Shown: positions 1-13,626, counted from the whole stretch's first letter. The stretch: DNA of 62,769 bases, filler included, from Choristocarpus tenellus KU-1152 (GCA_964200185.2; 9 parts of 9 records of this genome joined end to end with filler, not necessarily neighbours in it); one strand, 5' to 3'. Notes: generated from the letters alone by a model not told the origin. Translations and numbers: made by a program.

Positions 1-122
1 CCACTGTACTGCAGATCATTTGGACTCTTTTTACCCCCCCCCCTGCCCTCCATCTGTTTACACGCCTTTTCCTTGGCCAACAACACCCAACAAATGCATA
101 AGAAAAACAATTAGGCACATTA

Positions 123-3100
123 TCATGACAAACGGTTTCCAGATCCTTGGAAAGCTCCCGCCTGGAGCTTTTTCGTCTTTGCCCACTTGCCCGGTTGGGA
201 ACGGATACCCCCTCCCAGTTGCGGCTTCCCCTTTGCACCCTCTGATGCTGAGGCAGAAGCTGCTGCCCTAACTTCCGCTGCCGCAGCCATAGCTGAATTC
301 ATGAGTTATAATGGGCAAAAGGTGATGGGGACGGCACAGAGAGGGGTTCTCAGAACAGAGTCAAATGACCACGTGATGTTCAATGTCTGCGTAACCAATC
401 AACATATTTTTTGGGGGGGTATCAAAAAGAAAAAGAGATGAAGAACACCGGGTTGAACCTGATAAACCACATTGCAAAAGTCACCATGACTGTGAATGAG
501 ACATGTTGGAATAAATCGACATCTTCCCATTCAACCTCATCCGATATTGCCTGAAAAAAAATATATCTGGACATGCATGCATGCTGGGACTAATGCTATC
601 ACTCGTCAAGCACATCATGTAAAGCCTTGCATACACTCCAACACATTCACGGCACATTTGGCAAGTACTATACACACAAAATTTGCATATCTATATATAT
701 CTATATATGGATATTCTGCTCCTAATCCTTGACACAAATAATCGAATTTCTTATCATGCGTACCGTTTAATTACAGAGTAAAAATATCCCACCTTGACAA
801 CATGACACTTTAGTAACTCTATGTTAACAATTCACAAGCTGCTAAGTACATAATGTATGTATCATTTGGTCATGAGGTGTTTCAGGCACTACATACATAG
901 TGTTGCATATATATTAGCTGTCAGTGTTATGGGTGTAACATAGTGTTGCACTATTTATGTAACACAGAACATAGGCTGTAACACTACGTTATGTTGTAAT
1001 AAGAATGTTTTAAAAAAACAGTGCAATATCACAGTGGCGAGTGTAATCGCATGGCAGAGGGGTATCAATATGAGATTCACAACACCAATGAAAGGAAATG
1101 GTACATCTGGATTTGCCATTACACATTGCACATCGAAGTCACCACCACACAACAATTAAAAAAACACTTGAAAACCACCTCTGTCCATCAAGCCTTCAAT
1201 AAGAAGTTCAATATTTCCTCTATCAAACGAACAACTTGTACTGGTATGACACAACACAACACAATGGAGTGCTATCACAACACTTTGGAGAGTGTTGAGT
1301 CATAACATCATAACACAATGTTAGAACATTACATTTTTTGTTGTGTCATAATGCTTGTTACAGTAAAAGTAGCAACGTGCATCACACACATTTTGGACCG
1401 GAGTCCCGCAAGCATTACAGTCTTGTATTCCAGTATATGCTTTGGTCCAGGGTAGTATGGGCACTACATCGTATATATTCTGGACTGGGGTGTGATGGGC
1501 AATATGAGGTGTCGCATATGTTTTCACTGTCGGTGTTAGGAGAATAACATAGTTTGGGTGTTTTTTTTTTCTAGTATCTTTCACACCTCGAACAACATAA
1601 TACTAGAAAAATAGAATGGCAATCACCTTTGCCTATCTCTTCCTGAACTCCTCTGACACCATTATCTTCCCCCCCTGAAATATTATTCCGTCTATTTTCA
1701 TAGCCCCTAAGCCCTTGCCACCACGAAAAAAGCAACAGCCATAGTTTAACCTACAGAGTTATCAATGTCAGGGCTACAACACTGCCCAATAGACAACAAC
1801 GAGCAACACCTCCCTCCCCCCTCCCCAATATAGATTTCCCACCACTCCGTGCTGTGGGCTCTCTTCCTTCCTTTGACTCCTCTGTAGATGCTAGGGTAGG
1901 AGCCTTTTTCCCATCCAACCGTGCCCCTCCTCCTGCAAATGGGACAAACTTTGGCTCTTCTGGCTGTGCCTTGATGGCCTTGCCTGTGAATAAATGGGGG
2001 GGGGGGGAGGGGGAATGAACGATTCAAAATGAGAATCTCGCTTTGGCCATGTGTCCCTGGGATCTATCCAATCCATAGTTTGCATGTAATTAAATCCGTT
2101 ATTATTCAGAATGCACTGCCATCCACTCTACAGTTTCGTCCAATGCTTCATTTACTCTATTTCCAGCATCAACAAAACCCACTACTGCTTTAAGGATTGC
2201 GTATTTCAATATTCTACAGTCATCTTCATCTTGTTCTGTGACACTCCTCTTCCACAAAGGGAAAACCCTCCGAATATTGGAAAGATCAAATAACAATGCT
2301 GAGATGCAATGTATAAATATGTTGATCAGGCGTTTCTCACAGTAGGATACACACATCTTTCATCACACGCTAACAAGAATCTTATTCGCAATCCACAACT
2401 CCTTTTGTAACTGGCACCACACACCTTTTGAATGACACCTCACAAAATACACACATTAACACACAGCCTGTACTCTGGAGTACTTCAAAGTGAATACCTT
2501 AAAATGATGGAAAAATTCAGTACTACTAATGGCGACAAACTGAAACTCAAAATTACTCACACTGCGAGTGAGAACAGACAACCCCTACAATTGTGCCCCC
2601 AACACTTACTTCTTTGAGAGTGTTCCACACACACAGTACACACACCTCTCTCTAGTGATGTTAGGGAACCAGTGGGAAATGTGAGTGTTTGCGTAGTCAC
2701 TACTTGGAATCATAGGAGTACACCAACTTCCAGTCAAAAAAATCTGTTGCATACATTTACAATGTATGTGTAGTTGCCACTCTGTACTGGAGTACATACA
2801 TAATTCCAACATTCAGAGTGGATATTACGAGAGTAGAGGACTACAACATCTGCACGTTCACAGGGTAGGGGAGGATACAGGATGAGTGCATCTCACTAAC
2901 TCAAATGCAATACACTGGACATCCCATGGGTGCAAATATTGCCATTCACAAAATGTTTCCCCACCCCTCAATTATCTAACCCCCCTTCCCAAGAATACGA
3001 CTATCGATCTTGGCACTAAAAAAACCCCTCCAGAGTGTATCCTTTATTTAAAAAAAGGAGAGGAATTACAGTACCATAAGAACTCACTGGTGCACAAAAT

Positions 3101-5264
3101 CTGTTGAAGACAAAACAAGACATCATGTACATAATGAATAGGACAAAACACCCCTCCCGGCCAACCAAGGCCAAGGATGAGCACGTCCTTACTGTGCATC
3201 TCTTTTCCCATCGCCGCAGCTCTACAGCACAGAGTAGTAGAGCTAAAACCACAATAAAGCATCTGAATAGTTGGACCTGAGAACATCATGTAGTACATTT
3301 CACAACCACTACCACTGGTGATTAAGACGAATGAATGTACCCCATCATATTAAATAAGAGGACACAATACATATATAAACACCAAACCTAGACCCTCGCT
3401 CAAATCTAACTAGAATGGTTAGGGGGCCTGGCAAGGAAGAGCTGGGAGGGACCATTTCCCACACAAAAAGTACAAGTTCTCCTGGATAGTTGCAATCAAA
3501 AGAGCTCAGCATTTATGCATGAAAATTGAACCTAAAAGTGCACAAGGGTCAGTGTAGGTGCTCCAACTGCAAGAGTTTTCATCATACCGTGGAAAAATAA
3601 TAATAATAAACATGAGGAGAACTCACAAACAGTGCAGAGAGGATAGCTATGGTACACACAAACACACACACACACAAAACTTTGAAATCCTAAATTTGTA
3701 AACAAATGTGGACCCCAATGACAGGGGGCACCTAGAGACACCAATTCCACTTTCAACATTGCCTCCATCCATGCATTACCATTTATTTAGAATCAGAGTG
3801 CAAAAGCCAAACGGCAGACCTGGTCCTCATCGATCAAGAAGTAGAGGAAACTGGTATCACCAACATGTACTGCTGTCTTGCCTGTCAGCTTTACTGTAAG
3901 TCTTTACGATGTACTGCAATTATAAAGTACACAAGGAACACTCATTGACTGAAGTGAATCACTGACACACAGTGACGCAAACAATCATATTCTAATTCAT
4001 TGCGGCCTAACTCTTGGACCAGCAACACTACCAACTCCTATCTGCCATCTCAGAAATATCATTTTTCCTTCTCAACTTCCAGTCTTTCCAAGCACACACA
4101 AACACAAACATGCATACACACACAAACACACACACAGGCTTGAGTGTGAAGCCTTTCTCCACGAAAGCCTGTACCTGAAGCAAACAAGGATATGCCATAC
4201 ACAACTTGGCAATAACAACAACAGCAAACAACTGCTTGAGCATCTTTCAAAAAAGAGGTCACCAAGAAACATGCAACATTGTACCAGTAGGTCACCTTCA
4301 TCAATTACCCTATACCACACCCACCTGATGCAGGTGCTGGCAGCTGCATCCCCGCACCAATTCCTCCACCCCCGGTCCCAGAAGCCCCAGCATTGCCTTG
4401 CCCTGCCGCCGCCGCAGCTGCTTGTGCCGCATCATAGCCAACAGGTGCGTCAAAATCAACATTAAGATCCGTCTCCACTATACCACCTGCCTCTGCCGGC
4501 TTGAGGTCCTTCACCTCAAAGTAATACTTCTGTTCACACCAAACGAGAGAGCAAAACGAAACCATAGCCCATACAGTACAGGAACCATATCATGTGAGAC
4601 AGGGTCTCTCTCTGTGTGTGTGTGTGTGCGTGTGTGTGTGTGCGTGACGCAATGGGCAAAGGTGAGATGGCGTGACAGAGTTCAATTTAGAATGAGGGTT
4701 TTACTCTCCATTTTCAATGGTTGCCTGGTTGTTGCAAGGTTATGAACCAAATGCATGTAAGGGGGTTAGGGCAAAGCACGGGCTGGATTCATATGGACTC
4801 GAAGGAGTGTCTCACTCACTGCTGAACAATATAGGGATTGGGTTGAGGGTGAGGCTTGGGTTGCCACGTGAATGTCAGCACCAAATACTTCATCCCGGGG
4901 GAAGGATAAACAAGTTGACTCATGGCATTTCTCATGTTGCAATGAAACAAGACATCAACCAGCAAACATAAAATATGTGCACGCATCAGGGTACAAGCAG
5001 GTGCACCGGTCTCCTTCCGATACACAAGGTAGAACATGCATAAAGTTACACTAGGACAAGTACCACAATATACCAGAACATATCAAGCAGCAGAATGAAG
5101 TGGCATGTGCACAAACTTTCACCCACCCGGTTGTTGTAAGGAATGCAAATGTGGTCACCCTCAGTGAGGCAGGAGAAGTGCCGCAGGGTGGTCTCAAGGA
5201 CTGCCCGAGGGTTGCTGATTTCAAGAAAGTCGACTGATTGTGGCTGGAACTTAACATATGTAGC
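123..5264 (-). CDS. UFD1: Ubiquitin fusion degradation protein 1 (Cdc48/p97 cofactor), 5'-truncated; exons 5264-5127, 4529-4325, 1983-1843, 292-123
   Basis: Spliced translation [46 protein letters not shown]|[32 protein letters not shown] is the UFD1 UT3 domain. Two SHP boxes follow ([13 protein letters not shown] and terminal [10 protein letters not shown]). All junctions are GT-AG and phase-compatible, with a TACTAAC branch point before exon 5264. Confidence 0.95.
4606..4645. repeat. (CT)n(GT)n microsatellite in UFD1 intron
   Basis: ctctctctgtgtgtgtgtgtgtgcgtgtgtgtgtgtgcgt. Confidence 0.85.
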
Positions 5265-5345
5265 CTGACGTGGGTTAGTAGGGGGGGGGGGAGAGAGAGC
5301 AGGAGTGCGTAAGAAATAAGCTTATCTGTTGGCCCATACCCTCAA

Positions 5346-5445
5346 NNNNNNNNNNNNNNNNNNNNNNNNNNNNNNNNNNNNNNNNNNNNTTAATTAATTA
5401 ANNNNNNNNNNNNNNNNNNNNNNNNNNNNNNNNNNNNNNNNNNNN
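5346..5445. other. Artificial contig linker (N44-TTAATTAATTAA-N44, stops in all six frames)
   Basis: The identical 100-bp spacer occurs eight times in the window. Confidence 0.98.
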
Positions 5446-5648
5446 CTTTCTTTTTTGTGTGGGGCACCCAGCGGATTTGAGGTGGGGGGGGGGGGGGGAG
5501 GTGGGAAGCTGATCCCCAAGAGGTTCCATAAAAAAAACGGTGCATACTATGTTGGAAGGACTGTGTACAACTTACGGCAACCCCTGTGCATACTGCCCTG
5601 TTAAGCTCCTCTTGCTCCTCTTCTAGTGGTGTGCACATATCTTCTCAC

Positions 5649-8600
5649 CTCATCAGCATGACCAAGCCTTGACCGTCGTGGGGCGTCCTGAACACAGCTC
5701 TTGAGGTCCCCTGTGAGCTCAAAACCAGCCTCATCCACAATAGAGTGACGTGTCAGGCAAGCCTGGAGCCAGCCAGGGTGTACCGCCCACTTACCTGCAG
5801 CCACAGCCCGGAGGTACTTTGCACTACGTACCTTGGCCACCTTGGTGCCCTGCTCCACAGCACAAACTACATGAGTCACCTCATTTGTGTACTTGCTTAC
5901 TAACTTGCATCCATAGCTTTTAGGGTTGGTCAGCAGAGGGGGAGGGGAGGGGGGATTAGGGTGGTATTTGGATAGTACAGAGGGGTGAGACTTTAGGTTC
6001 TAATCATATCAAGGCTTTCGGGCTGCCCATTTTAGGGAGTCCTGGTTAAAAACAAGGAGAAAAAAGAGAAAAAAGAGACCTGTTGATCGAATAAAAAAAA
6101 ACGCGCTGAGTATTTTTCCTGGCACTGTTTCCATGTGGATAAAACATAGGAATGGGAACAGAACTAAACCTGCTACATGGGTCAGTCCTTACGCTTGTGA
6201 GCAGATACTTGTCTCCTGCTTGCTTTCGATATGGACCACGGCGTGTTCCAGACTTACTTTACTGGTGACGATGTGGGTGGTGTTCCATACAATACAAATA
6301 CACACACCTGGAGGCCATCTGCATGGCCTTTGCATGCACTGAAGTTGAAACGGAGCTCAAAACAATCACAATCCCAGGACGTCCCGGCTCACGATCCTTG
6401 CTCAACCCTTTCTCCCTTCGAACCCGACGACCACGTGGTGCATTGCCAGTGACAGGCAATGTCCGACCCACAGCCTCCCCCTCCCCCCCCTTGTCAACAA
6501 GTCTCGGATGAGCGGGAACCGCAGGCGCATCTGCAGTGTGTTCAGTCCTTCGCTTCTTCACTATCACTTTATCCTCCCCTACTTTAGTGGTCAGCAGGTG
6601 CTTGTTTAGACCACTGGCACCTCCTGGAGTCACAGTCACAGCAGGGATCTCAGCAGCTATTGCCCTCTGGGCTTCTCCCTCTCCCTTCGGCAGAACCTCT
6701 ATTTCCACCTGAGGGTCCTTCACAACCATTTCCACTGCCTTCCTCTCTTGGACATCCTCCATCCCCTCCACCCCAGGGCCCTGGAACTGCACAGGAGTAT
6801 TCCTCTTGGTGCTCCTCCCCACCTCAGCTTCCTTTCTCTCTGTGCTCCTGCCCCTGCTATTGGTACTTCCATGACTTGTACACTGTCCAAATGCTACATC
6901 CGGATCCAGATCCAAGCCGATGTCTGGGTCGATCACCAGGTCTGGGTGCTGTGTGTCTCCCAGTAAGTGACTGAGAAACCTTGCATTTGCCAATCCTGCA
7001 GCCACATCTGGTGGTGGACGCCTCCTGCTCATCCGCCTTGCACGCTGTTGCCTCTCCTCTGGTTCAGGACTCTTACTGCTGCAACCAGAAACATCCATAC
7101 CATCAACACCATATTTTCTATCACCATTGTTGTTGCTGCTAGGACTGCCCTGTGAAGTTAGTAATGAAAGGAGATTTGCTGGAAGGCCACTCTCACCACC
7201 ACGGCTTACAACATATTTAACATCATATGTGCCATCGTCTCTGACTCGTGATACCCTTGCCACACCCCCAGGACGGTTCAGGCCTGGGCTTGTCCGTGCC
7301 TGCACATCAACAATATCGCCAACACCAAAGCATGCTGCATTTGTAGCCCCAATCATGGATGGAGTTGTGGGCAAGGTAGTCGATAAAGACATACCTCCAG
7401 AGCATACACGGCGACGCTTATGTTTTGCTCCAGCTAGTGTGGGTTCAACCATATGTGGAACAGGAGATGATAAGGGAAAGGAACTGGAAATAGATTGAGA
7501 GTTGGTGGCAGATCCTGTAAGGTGAAGGAGAGGGGAGGTGTGCTTCTCCTGTGGGACAGTGGGGAAGCTGACTGGTTCAGCAGTAGTCTCTGCCTTCAGT
7601 AATAACGCCTTGGGGCATCTTGTGTGCTTGGTTGACGAGTCCAGTCCAAGCTCAGGTTGTGAGCTTTCCCGCTTCTCCATACCCTCTTCTCTATAACCCT
7701 TTCTTGATGGTATCATTTCATTGTCGTCCATCCCAACCTCTGCAACAACATTACTGGCTGCTAATGCCTTAATAGATGACATCCTGTTTCTCTCATGATC
7801 AGTGGTTGTTGCCATTGCTTCCATCACCTGCAAAGCTTGACCATAATTGTTTCTCTCATCTGGTGCAAATTCTTTAGCACCACTGTTCTGCATAAGGTTT
7901 TGTTTATCAGATATGCCTCTGCTCCCCAAGCCCCCTTGGTTGTTTTGCCCATTAACAAGGCACTCTCCATAGTCTATCCTCATGCCCTCCTCCAGCCCCC
8001 TCCCGAAGCCCTCTCTCGAAGTTCCACCCTTTTCTGGAGTAGCAATCTCTTCCGTGTCTCTTTGACCTATAGTATGGGAAGTATCCTGGGGTAGTATGCC
8101 GCTGTTATTGCCTGACATGGAGACATTTGCACTGGCAGATGGAAGCACTGGGTTCCGCCTCTTCCTTTTAGGTTGTTCCCCCAACCTGTGCTCAGGAATG
8201 CTGGCAGAGGACACCACCGACCTGACCGAAATGCCCCCTCTACGCGAGCGTATTCTAGGCTCGTCTTGAGGGAAGATATGCGGTCGGATAAACTTGGCTT
8301 CCACACCCTTCTCTGAACGGTTGCCCACTGAGTACTTGACATTGTATCGCTCGCCTCCACCAAGGACAGCCTTGATTATGGCAACCCCGCCATGCTTGTT
8401 GCTTCCTGCCCATGTCCTGTTCATCACTTCCACACAATCGCCAACCACCATGGATTTGTGAGAATCTTCCTGATGTCCCCAACCTTTCTCCTCAGGGTCT
8501 GAATGAACCTCTTCAACCGTAACACGAGGTCGTTGAGAAATTATCGACCGACGGGGTAGCGTCAGTGATAATGCTGGTGATGATGCGGAGGTCGAACCTC

Positions 8601-9340
8601 CATGAGCCTCATTAGGTAAGCGGGACGCCTTAGGCTGCATCCACTTGCCACTGTTTGTAACCTCTTTACAACTCCCCAGTCCCTTCCCCGCACCACAACT
8701 TCTGTCTCCATCTCCAGCGCTGCGTACCCGATGCTGTAGTTTTCTGGCTTTGCCCTTCGGTTGCGGTCGGTTATGCTGTCCTGGAGGCACTGAGGCATCA
8801 TGGAAGACGAATATGGAGAAGAACGATGAGTCGGAAGGGGTTATTTTTGCAATCTCTTGATGGGCTTCGGAGTAGTTGAACACCCTCAGACGTATGATCT
8901 GTTCTCTCACCTGGAGCATGCTGTGTGAGGTCCAATCCAAACTCATCCAAGCACTCCTTGTAGGCATTGACCACTCGAAGGATCCACTTGTTTCGACCGA
9001 TAGTACGGGCGTTGTGGATTGGCGTTTTGCAGAGGGGACAACGCTGAGAGTGCTTTAGTGTCGCTCTCACACACCCCATGCACATCGCATGATTACATGG
9101 CAGCATTGTTGGCTCGGTAAAGTAGCTTCGTCAAGGATTGCAGGGAGGACGGGTGTTGGTGATGTTGACGAGTCAGTTTCACGGAAGTTCGTAAGGAGGG
9201 TAGCTCCCACAGGGCAACTTACTCGTTTCATTCACCTATAGCAAATTTTACCTGAGACAAATGCAGCATTTGAGTTCATTGCCGACCGCCGTCTCCAGTT
9301 TCCTGCCAAGAATTTCAACGCATGGTTGATAATAATCCAT
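5649..9340 (-). CDS. BRCA1/BARD1-like protein: RING finger, two Tudor/SH3-barrel-like repeats, BRCT; 3'-truncated; exons 9340-9252, 9125-8911, 8789-6308, 5916-5649
   Basis: C3HC4 RING ELKCCICLS|YFTEPTMLPCNHAMCMGCV...CPLCK. BRCT1 IVIVLSS...VTHVV...RSAKYLRAVAAGKWAVHPGWLQAC plus linker APRRSR (compare BRCA1 RTLKY/GPKRAR and BARD1 GPRRSR). Introns are GT-AG and phase-consistent. Confidence 0.88.
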
Positions 9341-9638
9341 TACTATTCGTTCTTTGGTGACTGGTTTTTGCTAGGGTCACCAAGGAAGTAGTCCTTGCCT
9401 CAACCCGTTGTTGTTTTCAACCCCCTTTGTACTGAACGCAAATTTGAAAGAGGTATAGTTGATAAATGATGCAAAGGCGTTTACAAGCTGACTCTTTCGT
9501 AGTCCGAAAACAACCTAACGGTTTAGAGAGTTGGTACCTCCACCGTTTGAGCTACTCTTCTCTATTTTGGGTGATGTTGAAGAGTTTTAGGTTTAGCGGG
9601 CAGTGAAAGTCGCTCTCCTTTATAACGCAGACTTTCTA
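9341..9638. promoter_or_regulatory. Putative bidirectional promoter between BRCA1-like gene and SKA1
   Basis: Divergent ATGs at 9340(-) and 9639(+), 298 bp apart within one contig. Confidence 0.6.
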
Positions 9639-12600
9639 ATGACTCAAAAGAGCGAGAGTGCGGAGGCCTTGGCAGTCGCGTTTGGTGACATGGTGAGAAC
9701 ATTGTCGAGTCAATCGCAGAAACTCTCCCGTCTCGCTCTTTTGTCAAACCTTCTCGATGAGGGGCGCACAGAAAAATCGTCGATGCCACATGCCTATGGT
9801 CCTGCAAGAGCGAAGGTCCTGGACCAAATGAGGTCTTTGGATGCCATCGTCGCAGACTTGACAAGGAAGTTGGCTATGGCACGTGAATTTGTAGACGACG
9901 AACGAAGGGCGTTGGTGGAACTCGAGGAGATGTCTAAGGATGCTTTCACATTGAACTCAGATCTACAAGCAATGCTATCTTGCCTACCTAAGCACCTACC
10001 AGGGGACTCTGTATCCGTGGAAGTGGTAAGGGTTGCATCAGACGGGACACATCGTGTTGGGCAAGTGGGAAACCAATCAAAGGTGCCAGTGGAAGCCTCA
10101 ACTGAATCTCACGCCGTAGCAACCGGATTGCCAGAGATGGAACTTGTGACGCTTGGAGAATTGGAGAGGGTACCTAAGACCACACGTGGACGCCTCAGCC
10201 TGGAGCAAGTTAACGCCGCTATTGTCGAGATCCAGACTACCATAGAGCGCAGGTGATTCACTCGTTATTTTGCTTGTCGAAGGGTGATAGTATCTTCCAC
10301 CAGATCCTCTTCAAGCTCCATTATTTCTTATTTTTTCTGTGATTTGTTGTGTCATGCATACCATCTGCTTACATTCCCACTTGCCCCCATCTGTGCATGA
10401 AACAGTGGTGAGAAGTTATAAATACTCAACGCGATTCACAACGCTTGTACTTCCTTCGCCCTACCTGTTCGTTTTCATTATATATTCAGAAGTTATTAAC
10501 GGTATTGACTTGGCTGCGATGGCCACCACCTGTCAATGTGACATAGTGTAACTTATTGCAGTTCTCCACGTTTTTAGTCTTATCTCGTTGTGTGCACTAT
10601 TCTGTTGCTGGCTAGTGTACGAATCTTTGAATGATCTGGGATTTCTATTCTGGGTGCAAAAAGTTTTGATCGTGCTGGTTAAAACAAGAATTAAGAGTCA
10701 AATTTGAAAAACGTAACAAAGTTTACCAGCTGAAGCTCCCTGTTCTACCCTAACAAACCTTTAGTACCATAAGACTATGTACTGACTATGGCCTGGCTAC
10801 ATACCTTTAGCAGAATTTCGTGCCCACTCTATCATAGCATCCAAAGCATGTCCCTTAACACAACCACCCTCCTGGTCTCTCCAAGTCAACCCCATCCCAC
10901 CCCAATGGGCAACCCACGGCACCGGTCAAAGTTCCACCGTCAACACAGAGTCAAAGCCGTAAAACATCCATGACCTCAATCTGTCAGTGATGGAATGGTA
11001 GAGCGTAATTTTCATTTGACCTCTTTTTATCGAAAGGCCTAGTTGCACCTTTTTTTTTCAATATCTGGTTTCGATCTCTGTAAGTATTGTCAATGAGTTA
11101 GGGAAGGAAACATGTGGACTGTCTGGCAATGTCCACTACTGCCCCCCCCCAAGTGGTCATAATCACTTGAGCTGCTCTCAGACCATGATGCATACAGGAG
11201 GTTTTGCTGACCCATTGGGGAATTTCAACCTGGTCGAAATTGTATTAGTATTGCAGTAGCAAAGATGGATAGTGAGTCAAATGTATCTTAAAGCACACGA
11301 CAACATTTGTGAGAAGATTCAGCATACTCTGAATCCGTTACGTAAAAAAATATAACAGTATCCACCATGAACGTTGTCTTCTAGGCACACATTTCTGTCC
11401 AAACCAAGGTCAAAGCTGTCAGATAAGATGCGAATAAAGCAGGACAGCATGAAAGCGCAGGGAGTGCCCGATCACAATGGGGCTCCCTTCATCACGGAGG
11501 CTGAGCTGCAGGCCTGTCCAACATCCAAGAAGATGGGAAAGGTATGAAAGGAGAAGAGTCAAAGCGTATTAGTTTGAGTTGTGTACTCATAAGCAATCGC
11601 TTTGGATGTGCAGGCATGACATATTTGTATAGTTTTGTTCCTCTGCTGAGGTTACAACCTCTTCACCTGTTTTTTTTCTTTTCTTTTTTCGTTTTCTTAC
11701 CCTCTGGAGTGTGACTCCATCCCCTGCAGTTGTCGTTCAGTGTGATTCGTGTCACATTTGCCCAACTACAAGTATTTTGTGGTCCCCTTGTTTTGTGATA
11801 ACACTTGACTAGTGTGCCATTCCTACTTCCCCCACCACTTACAACACACACAGACACCCTCCCCCAGAATCTGTTTCAAAAAGTTATCTCCTTGGCCAGT
11901 AGGCATGGATTCCCTCCCCACTAACCTTGTACTGCTACAAGATCACTGTGATGATACCTTGAAGGACAACATATCCATTTGCAAGATCCTATCCCCTTGT
12001 CTCTAGCACTCAATCATGGACCTCAGGTTGCATTAGAGTTAAACGTCTCAATTAAGAAATAAAATAAAATGTGTGGGCGTAGTGCTGTGGATCATTACAT
12101 CGTATTGATTCAATTTGAGAGGTCAGAGGAGGGCAAGGCTCGATGGCCTTGATTGGAGGTTAAGGGTTGGGGGGGGGGGTGCATGGGGGTGATCTTGGTG
12201 TCTGTGAGCTGTGAATACGGGCATTTTGATCGTGCATGGTACAAGGATGTTTATGTAAGGATGGATTAAGCGTAACAACAGCAAGGAGAGAAGTCGGCCT
12301 ACTCATTCATGTGCTTCATTCGTTGGTATTATTATTTTCTGGTGAAACAACAAGTCTTGGCATGTCAGGTAGACTTACCTCACGATTTTTCGTTGTACGA
12401 CATCTAGAGGAATATTCAATGACCCCTACCAGCCCACCCACATATTGGTAAATGTATTCAACATCTGTATTTTTTTAGAAGTGTATTCATGGAAAGTAAT
12501 GTAGAAAAAAGAGCAACTGGCTCTCTTTGCAACCCCAAGGGGTTTGTTACCACCTGGTTCCTGGATTTGTTCACAAGAACGTGCTGCTGGTGTAGTCCAC

Positions 12601-12922
12601 ACCCCTCTTAGTTCCAAGTTTAGTTCAAGACAAAATTCAGCTGCATTCGACTTCTGTGTTTTTGCAGTTTTAGGTTTGATAATCTCCTTTCAGAGGAAGT
12701 GGTTCTGAAAGAGTACCATTGCCTTTCTCGTGTTGGAGAACGAGTCCGTCACATTACCTTACTGCGGGCATCACCTCTCATGCGCTCATTGCGTCTTCCT
12801 GCCTAACCCTTGTGCATCCTCAGGCATCTGCAATGGCTCTTACAAGCACTCTGCGAAGCCTCAAGAGACTTAAGTCTGTTCGGGGAATAAACACTATGAC
12901 CTATGTTGTTCAGGGTGGCTGA
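9639..12922 (+). CDS. SKA1: Spindle and kinetochore-associated protein 1; exons 9639-10252, 11385-11541, 12824-12922
   Basis: N-terminal coiled coil, then the Ska1 microtubule-binding domain VTLGELERVPKTTRGRLSLEQVNAAIVEI...KPRSKL...PFITEAEL...TLRSLKRLKSVRGINTMTYVV*. Introns are phase-consistent. Confidence 0.9.
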
Positions 12923-13564
12923 GTGGCGGCAGTTGACACACGTGTGTTTCTGGGTGGGTATAGAGCCATCCATGCTAGTGTTCTTCGTTTTTTGCTGTAG
13001 ATAGTCTTGCACTCCACACATTATGTACATACATGTCCTTTGAAGTATGTTTCTCACATACAGTTTGTATTGTGTAGACAGGCATCTGGGTGGTATTCAG
13101 TTGTGATCTGCCAAGTCTTTGAGAAGTGCTTCACAGATGAAACACCCACCATGAGATCTTAACCACTACCAGAGGTGTGAAATGAATAGAGCCATTACTA
13201 GAGACGGAGTAGTTTTGATATTTTTTGCTTGGAGTGGTGCCAAAGTACAATGAAATGATCCAATATACTGGTGAGGAATCCAACAACAAAAATATTGTCC
13301 TTTTTTTTTTGTCTTCTCAAGCAATAACCTCAGCAAAGTTGGTCACAGCTACCTGGTACTTCAAGGCTAATAGTCGCAGGTCTCCATGAGACTACTGATC
13401 AACATTAAGAAAAGAAATAAAAAAAATAAGAGATGCTTGAGAGCTGGTGTCTGTTGGCTGATGTGGTCTTCCTTGAGTCGCTTTGTTCCTCTGTTGTGTT
13501 TGGTATTTGCACATGTTCTCTTTTCCTGACAAATGGAACTTTGGCAGTGGAACATAGCAATGGT

Positions 13565-13626
13565 GAGCCAAAGTATCTTAGAGGGTAGAGCCGCGTCCAT
13601 TTGGGGGCCAAAATCCAATGTTACGA
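13565..13626. mobile_element. MITE family A, partial (contig end)
   Basis: gagccaaagtatcttagagggtagagccgcgtccatttggggg matches the terminus of the full copies. Confidence 0.85.

Noticed and set aside
840-1560. AT-rich patch with short inverted and direct repeats in the last UFD1 intron
   Set aside because: No clear termini or second copy in the window, so it cannot be called an element.
5390-5401. TTAATTAATTAA palindrome repeated eight times
   Set aside because: Always centred in a fixed N block, so it is an assembly linker and not biology.
6259-8967. 902-aa ORF as a stand-alone gene
   Set aside because: It is mainly one large internal exon (8789-6308) of the RING-BRCT gene, and its ends run into introns.
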